A stretch of 64,000 bases of DNA from an uncultured Parachlamydiaceae bacterium (GTDB taxonomy: Bacteria; Chlamydiota; Chlamydiia; Chlamydiales; Parachlamydiaceae), in NCBI GenBank assembly GCA_963742415.1, contig CAVULX010000002.1:192001-256000 (forward strand), read 5' to 3'. The notes below the pieces were generated by a model. The model was not told the origin of the DNA. It did not search any database and worked only from the letters and a program-made list of their open reading frames with translations. Positions 59,442 to 64,000 of the stretch are shown here, piece by piece; the first letter of the stretch is position 1; every line of letters begins with the position of its first letter. The translations under genes were made by a program, and so were the position numbers.

Positions 59442-59804
59442 ATGAAAAAAAAGATCGTATACGAAGAAAGCTCCGGAAATGTATTTGCTGATTTAGGTAT
59501 TGAAAATCCTGAAGAAGCTTTAGCAAAATCCGAGCTAGCTCGCCAAATTGCTAAGCTTATTAAGAAGAAAAAACTCACTCAAAAACGAGCTGCTGAAATT
59601 TTAGGTATTGATCAACCAAAAATTTCTGCTTTGATTCGAGGAAGATTAAGAAGTTTTTCTTTAGAGCGCCTTATTCGTTTTCTAAATGAATTAGGTCAAG
59701 ATGTTAGCATCATGATTAGCCCTGCAAAATCACAGTCAGAGCGGGGTAGCACATGGATTGGAGAATCCCATTCAAATACACGAATAGCTGCTTTGGGAAG
59801 ATAA
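59442..59804 (+). CDS. XRE HTH antitoxin (HigA-like)
   Basis: SSGNVFADLG, LTQKRAAEILGIDQPKISAL, FSLERL. Confidence 0.93.
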   Translation: MKKKIVYEESSGNVFADLGIENPEEALAKSELARQIAKLIKKKKLTQKRAAEILGIDQPKISALIRGRLRSFSLERLIRFLNELGQDVSIMISPAKSQSERGSTWIGESHSNTRIAALGR

Positions 59805-59816
59805 TAAGGAAATAAA

Positions 59817-60275
59817 ATGACATCGGAAGTTTTGGAAAAAGAGTTAACCGATAAAGTTAAGTATGTTAAAACAGCCTACGCAAAAAGTTTTGTTGGTAGC
59901 TTTGTTGTTGTAATGAGTGGGGGATTCATCTCGACAATGGTTAATGAGTACTATCCATTAACTGCGACTACTATCGATCTACTACAAGCGTTTAGCGTTG
60001 TTCCAGGATCGGTAGCTTTGTTCGGAGTGCAGGGCTGGAATATTCAAACATGGTGTGGAACGACCCCAGCTGAAATATTAAATATAAAATTATTTCGCTT
60101 TTTTTCAATCATTGGTTTGCTTTTTGCTGTTGTAGCATTTTCGCTACATTCAGCGGTAAAGGAGTTTCCTGAAACTAACCAAGACATCATTTCTTATCGC
60201 ATAGAATCTGAAAACATTCAAAAAAGTCATAATGCTTTCAGAGAAAAATTGAATTCAATGACGTTATTCCAATGA
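59817..60275 (+). CDS. Hypothetical membrane protein (about 3 TM), co-oriented with the TA pair
   Basis: TAAGGA RBS; three hydrophobic segments. Confidence 0.7.
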   Translation: MTSEVLEKELTDKVKYVKTAYAKSFVGSFVVVMSGGFISTMVNEYYPLTATTIDLLQAFSVVPGSVALFGVQGWNIQTWCGTTPAEILNIKLFRFFSIIGLLFAVVAFSLHSAVKEFPETNQDIISYRIESENIQKSHNAFREKLNSMTLFQ

Positions 60276-60362
60276 CAACCCAGGGATTTTAGAATTTTTA
60301 TTAACAAATATTGCGTGGGCATATTATTAATAGGATTTTGAGACATCACTGATTTGATATTT

Positions 60363-61223
60363 TCATTTTTGTGGGCTATCTTCAAAATCTCTTCTCATAA
60401 TCTCATGCAGTGTTTTACCTTCATCATTCTTCCAGTCTATCCATCCATTTGCTCTACGTCCTAGAACAACTCCAGCAGCCTGCGAAGGCGATGGAAATAG
60501 ATAGTCGGTCAGAAATATGAGTTGATCACCTTGTTGCTCAAGAATCCCCATGGCTTTTAGTTGTTCTCTGGCACTTTTTAAGGTAGATCCCGCACTGTCA
60601 GTGGTTGTTATACAAGCATGAGACCCTTTAAATACAACGAATCCATCCGCAACCTTCTCTCCTTTAGCATTAGCTTTCCCACTTTTACAACATACATGAC
60701 GTTGCTTCAATTCAGTTGTAAGCCTTTCAAAAATAGGAAAATCAAGCGTTGATAATAGCAGAGAGATTGTTTCAAACATCTCTAAGAGATCGGCTCTAAC
60801 GGACTCGGAAACGAACGGCTCTGAAGGACTCAATCGATTTGTAAGACGTCCCTGACCTATTTGCTCGATCTCATTACAACAAAACCATTCCAAAAACCGA
60901 ATTTGACACTTAGTCAATTCATCTGTTTTGGATACTATCACAATCGCCGTATTCCATTCCTTGTCGCTGTTATGATGCTGTTTTAAACGATCCAAGCAAT
61001 CCTCTGATTCTCCAACATAGACTGGGGTTCTGGCATCATCAGAATCACCAAAAAGAAAATAAATACCTGAACGCGAGAGTTCTGGACGCGTATACGCCTC
61101 CTTTAGATCTGAACGAGGGACATATATGGCAATAGGAATGCGAGAAGTAACCTGAGCAATCTTTAGTCCTCGAGGTTTGCCTGTAGGGAGAAAGAGCTGA
61201 ATAGTTTTAGGTGTAGGCTTCAT
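60363..61223 (-). CDS. GIY-YIG nuclease family protein with DUF4357 domain
   Basis: GIYFLFG..YVGESE..RLKQH; FPSPSQAAGVVLGRRANGWIDWK. Confidence 0.9.
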   Translation of the reverse strand: MKPTPKTIQLFLPTGKPRGLKIAQVTSRIPIAIYVPRSDLKEAYTRPELSRSGIYFLFGDSDDARTPVYVGESEDCLDRLKQHHNSDKEWNTAIVIVSKTDELTKCQIRFLEWFCCNEIEQIGQGRLTNRLSPSEPFVSESVRADLLEMFETISLLLSTLDFPIFERLTTELKQRHVCCKSGKANAKGEKVADGFVVFKGSHACITTTDSAGSTLKSAREQLKAMGILEQQGDQLIFLTDYLFPSPSQAAGVVLGRRANGWIDWKNDEGKTLHEIMRRDFEDSPQK

Positions 61224-61947
61224 GTGCTCCTTTTTTGGACAAAACCAGCTCTATGAAGTTCTCCGTTAAAGAGCAGTTCTTACAGGTTGGAAATTGATCT
61301 GGTGGGATGGAAGACCGATTAATTCGATCTGCCTTTTTCAGCAATTTTTGAATGAGTTGATCGTCGCGCTCTACCACAACAATTTTCGGATTAAAACGCA
61401 ACTCCAAGCCATCGCAATGGCAGTAGTGATGCATACCTAAAGATGATTCTGTAAGAGGTTCCATGTAAATAAGTGCTAATTTTGAAACCTGTCCAAGGCC
61501 TAGATGTTCCGCAATGAGAGCATAACTATTGAGTTGCGCTTGATAGATCGGAACCATGTTATCCTGATTGTCTGTCCATTTGGCTGTTTTATAGTCAACA
61601 ATAGCAAGTGAGCCATCAATAAATTCAAAGATGCCATCAGCTTCGCCTGTTAATAAAATTCCTGTTATTGGATCTTGGAATTGAAATCGTGAGTGGTGAG
61701 GTGGAGAAATATAATGTCTTATTGCTCCAAGACAGTTAAGAAATGCAGGTGCTTGAGAGTTTATGTCCATAAATGCATGAACAGAACGTTTCGTAAAAGA
61801 GTCAATCGATGCAAAAATGCCTGGAAAAATTGAGTAAGGAAAACGATTTCCCATTTTCATCTTAATCCAAAAACACCTTTCGCAACATTCTGGAAGTGCC
61901 AATTCTCCGAGTGTTTTTCCTGATATTCTCATATAATAATTATTCAC
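61207..61947 (-). CDS. PD-(D/E)XK nuclease, Cas4/AddB-like
   Basis: CCERCFW, GEADG..IVDYKT, YQAQLNSY, C-terminal CKNC. Confidence 0.85.
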   Translation of the reverse strand: MNNYYMRISGKTLGELALPECCERCFWIKMKMGNRFPYSIFPGIFASIDSFTKRSVHAFMDINSQAPAFLNCLGAIRHYISPPHHSRFQFQDPITGILLTGEADGIFEFIDGSLAIVDYKTAKWTDNQDNMVPIYQAQLNSYALIAEHLGLGQVSKLALIYMEPLTESSLGMHHYCHCDGLELRFNPKIVVVERDDQLIQKLLKKADRINRSSIPPDQFPTCKNCSLTENFIELVLSKKGAHEAYT

Positions 61948-62084
61948 TTCAGATATTAAAATATATAATTAACATTACAAATTATTTCAAATAATTGTTC
62001 TATTTGCAATAAACGCATAATTATACTACCATTGTTCTGTTTTAATCAACGTTTCTTGTTGATTTGCAAAGACATGGATGTCGA

Positions 62085-64000
62085 ATGAATATTTGTAAGA
62101 CCGAAGAAAATATTAGGAAATTAGCAGATAATTTTAATGAAACAACTTTTATCTATGATCTGCTCTTAGCCTACGGAAAACCAAAAGCCGCAATAACGCG
62201 CTTGCAAAAATCTTACAATTTATCGAAAAGAAATAATGAAGTTATTTGGAAAAAAAATCTTTGTTTTAGAAGAGTTAGCGAAAACGATCTATATAGTGAA
62301 ATCGATAATTTAAATAACGATTCGAATATTCTAAAACACTCTCCGCGTTTTATTATTGTCACTGATTATAAAAAAATTCTTGCTACCGATACAAAAACAA
62401 AAGATACTTTAGACATCTTCTTCAACGAACTCGGTGATAATTTTGATTTTTTTCTCCCTTGGGCCGGCTTCGAGAAAACAAGATCCAAGAGTGAAAGCTT
62501 AGCTGATATTAGGGCCGCAGAACAAATGGCCAAATTATATGATGAGATTAAAAAAGATAATCCATGGGCTGAGAAAAAAGCGCTTCATTCCCTAAACGTT
62601 TTTCTTTCTCGTCTATTATTTTGCTTCTTCGCAGAAGATACAACCATTTTTGAGAAAGGATTATTTAGTAGCTCAATCGCTTCTCATACTCTAGAAGATG
62701 GCAGTGATCTTAATAGTTATCTTGACAGGTTATTTGAGGCTTTAAATTCCGAAAACAAATCTCGATTCCCTAAGTATCTTCAAATATTTCCATATGTTAA
62801 TGGAGGTTTATTTGCAGAAAAACACCCAGTGCCCAGATTTACTCGCCGTTCGCGCAAAATTCTTCTTGAATGTGGGGGGCTGAATTGGTCATCGATTAAT
62901 CCCGACATTTTTGGTTCCATGATTCAGGCCGTTGTTGATTCAAATCAACGTGGGGAAATGGGAATGCACTATACCTCAGTTCCAAATATCATGAAAGTCA
63001 TAGAACCACTGTTTTTAGGTGAACTTTATGACGAATTTGAAAAATCGAAAGGCAACCAAAAAAAATTAGAAAAAATATTGGTCCGATTATCTCAGATAAA
63101 AATTTTCGACCCCGCTTGCGGTTCAGGGAACTTTCTAATTGTCGCCTACAAGGAATTACGAAGCCTCGAAATGAAAATTATCAAGCACCTTCAAGGATTT
63201 ACCACTCGTCTTCCACTTTCGAATATTAAACTTTCTCAATTCTATGGAATCGAAATTGACGACTTTGCTCATGAGGTGGCCATGCTTTCATTATGGCTGA
63301 TTGACCACCAAATGAACCAATCATTTAAAATTGCTTTTGATCGAACAAGGCCTTCTTTGCCACTCAAACAAGGCGGCCATATTATTTGCGGAAACGCCAC
63401 TCGATTAAATTGGGACGAAGTTTGTCCTAAAGACCATACTTCGGAAGTATATCTAATCGGAAATCCTCCTTATAGGGGGTCATCTCTCCAATCTGAAGAA
63501 CAGAAAGATGATATGGCTTTAGCATGTTCTGGCATCAAGAATTATAAAAATCTTGATTACATTACATGCTGGTTCTTTAAGGGAGCAAAATATCTAGATA
63601 AATGTCCTAAATCAAAATTGGCTTTTGTGACAACGAGTTCGATTTGCCAAGGAGAACAAGTGGCTCTCTTATGGCCTCCCATTTTTAGTAACCACTTAGA
63701 AATTGGATTTGCGCATCAGCCTTTTAAATGGCTTAACAACGCAAGAAGAAACGCTGGTGTAATTTGTTCTATAATAGGAATTAGACATTACTCAAATCAA
63801 ACTAAACTAATCTATAAGAATGATCTCGTTCAAATTGTTGACAATATAAACCCGTACCTGATGCCTGGGAATAATACGATAATTAAAAAAAGAAATAATC
63901 CAATTTCTTCATTACCGCAAATGAGCTACGGAAATAAAGCTGTTGATAACGGTAGTCTTATTCTTTCAGAATCTGAAAGAATTGATCTTGTCACCAGAAA
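62085..64000 (+). CDS. YeeA/MmeI-type N6-adenine DNA methyltransferase (runs off window end; absent from ORF track)
   Basis: Manual translation MNICKTEE..FIYDLLLAYGKPKAAITRL; FAEDT, FPYVNGGLF, INPDIFGSM, GMHYTS, DPACGSGNFL (63108), GNPPY (63459), all in frame. Confidence 0.92.
   Translation, partial: MNICKTEENIRKLADNFNETTFIYDLLLAYGKPKAAITRLQKSYNLSKRNNEVIWKKNLCFRRVSENDLYSEIDNLNNDSNILKHSPRFIIVTDYKKILATDTKTKDTLDIFFNELGDNFDFFLPWAGFEKTRSKSESLADIRAAEQMAKLYDEIKKDNPWAEKKALHSLNVFLSRLLFCFFAEDTTIFEKGLFSSSIASHTLEDGSDLNSYLDRLFEALNSENKSRFPKYLQIFPYVNGGLFAEKHPVPRFTRRSRKILLECGGLNWSSINPDIFGSMIQAVVDSNQRGEMGMHYTSVPNIMKVIEPLFLGELYDEFEKSKGNQKKLEKILVRLSQIKIFDPACGSGNFLIVAYKELRSLEMKIIKHLQGFTTRLPLSNIKLSQFYGIEIDDFAHEVAMLSLWLIDHQMNQSFKIAFDRTRPSLPLKQGGHIICGNATRLNWDEVCPKDHTSEVYLIGNPPYRGSSLQSEEQKDDMALACSGIKNYKNLDYITCWFFKGAKYLDKCPKSKLAFVTTSSICQGEQVALLWPPIFSNHLEIGFAHQPFKWLNNARRNAGVICSIIGIRHYSNQTKLIYKNDLVQIVDNINPYLMPGNNTIIKKRNNPISSLPQMSYGNKAVDNGSLILSESERIDLVTR

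Overview
Chromosomal segment of an environmental chlamydia (Parachlamydiales-like). The assignment rests on the fmt-lpxA-fabZ-lpxC-lnt gene order, recC-recB-recD, a chlamydial-type DnaA and many eukaryote-like or Inc-like genes. Housekeeping blocks alternate with candidate host effectors: ankyrin+RING, a three-member Inc/Cap1-like family, a membrane-anchored single-NBD ClpB-like ATPase, a macrodomain-like protein and an F-box protein. There are also methyl-, sulfo- and glycosyltransferases carrying signal peptides, and an intact MNIO (DUF692)-DUF2063 RiPP-maturase pair with no adjacent precursor. Intergenic spaces hold two families of long palindromic elements: periodic CAGGATAAG/GCAAAG arms, and nested REP/REPIN-like TTTGGAGTGCGGCGGCTT elements. 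Two unannotated tyrosine-recombinase C-terminal relics occur at about 37.8 and 52.8 kb. From about 54 kb a defence island begins at a tRNA-Thr(CGT) fragment. It contains an HNH-NACHT (STAND) gene bracketed by two diverged copies of a ~175-bp module ending in a palindromic operator, a RelE/HigA-type TA pair, GIY-YIG and Cas4-like PD-(D/E)XK nucleases, and a YeeA/MmeI-type methylase running off the end. All family calls are by motif recognition; no database search was run.
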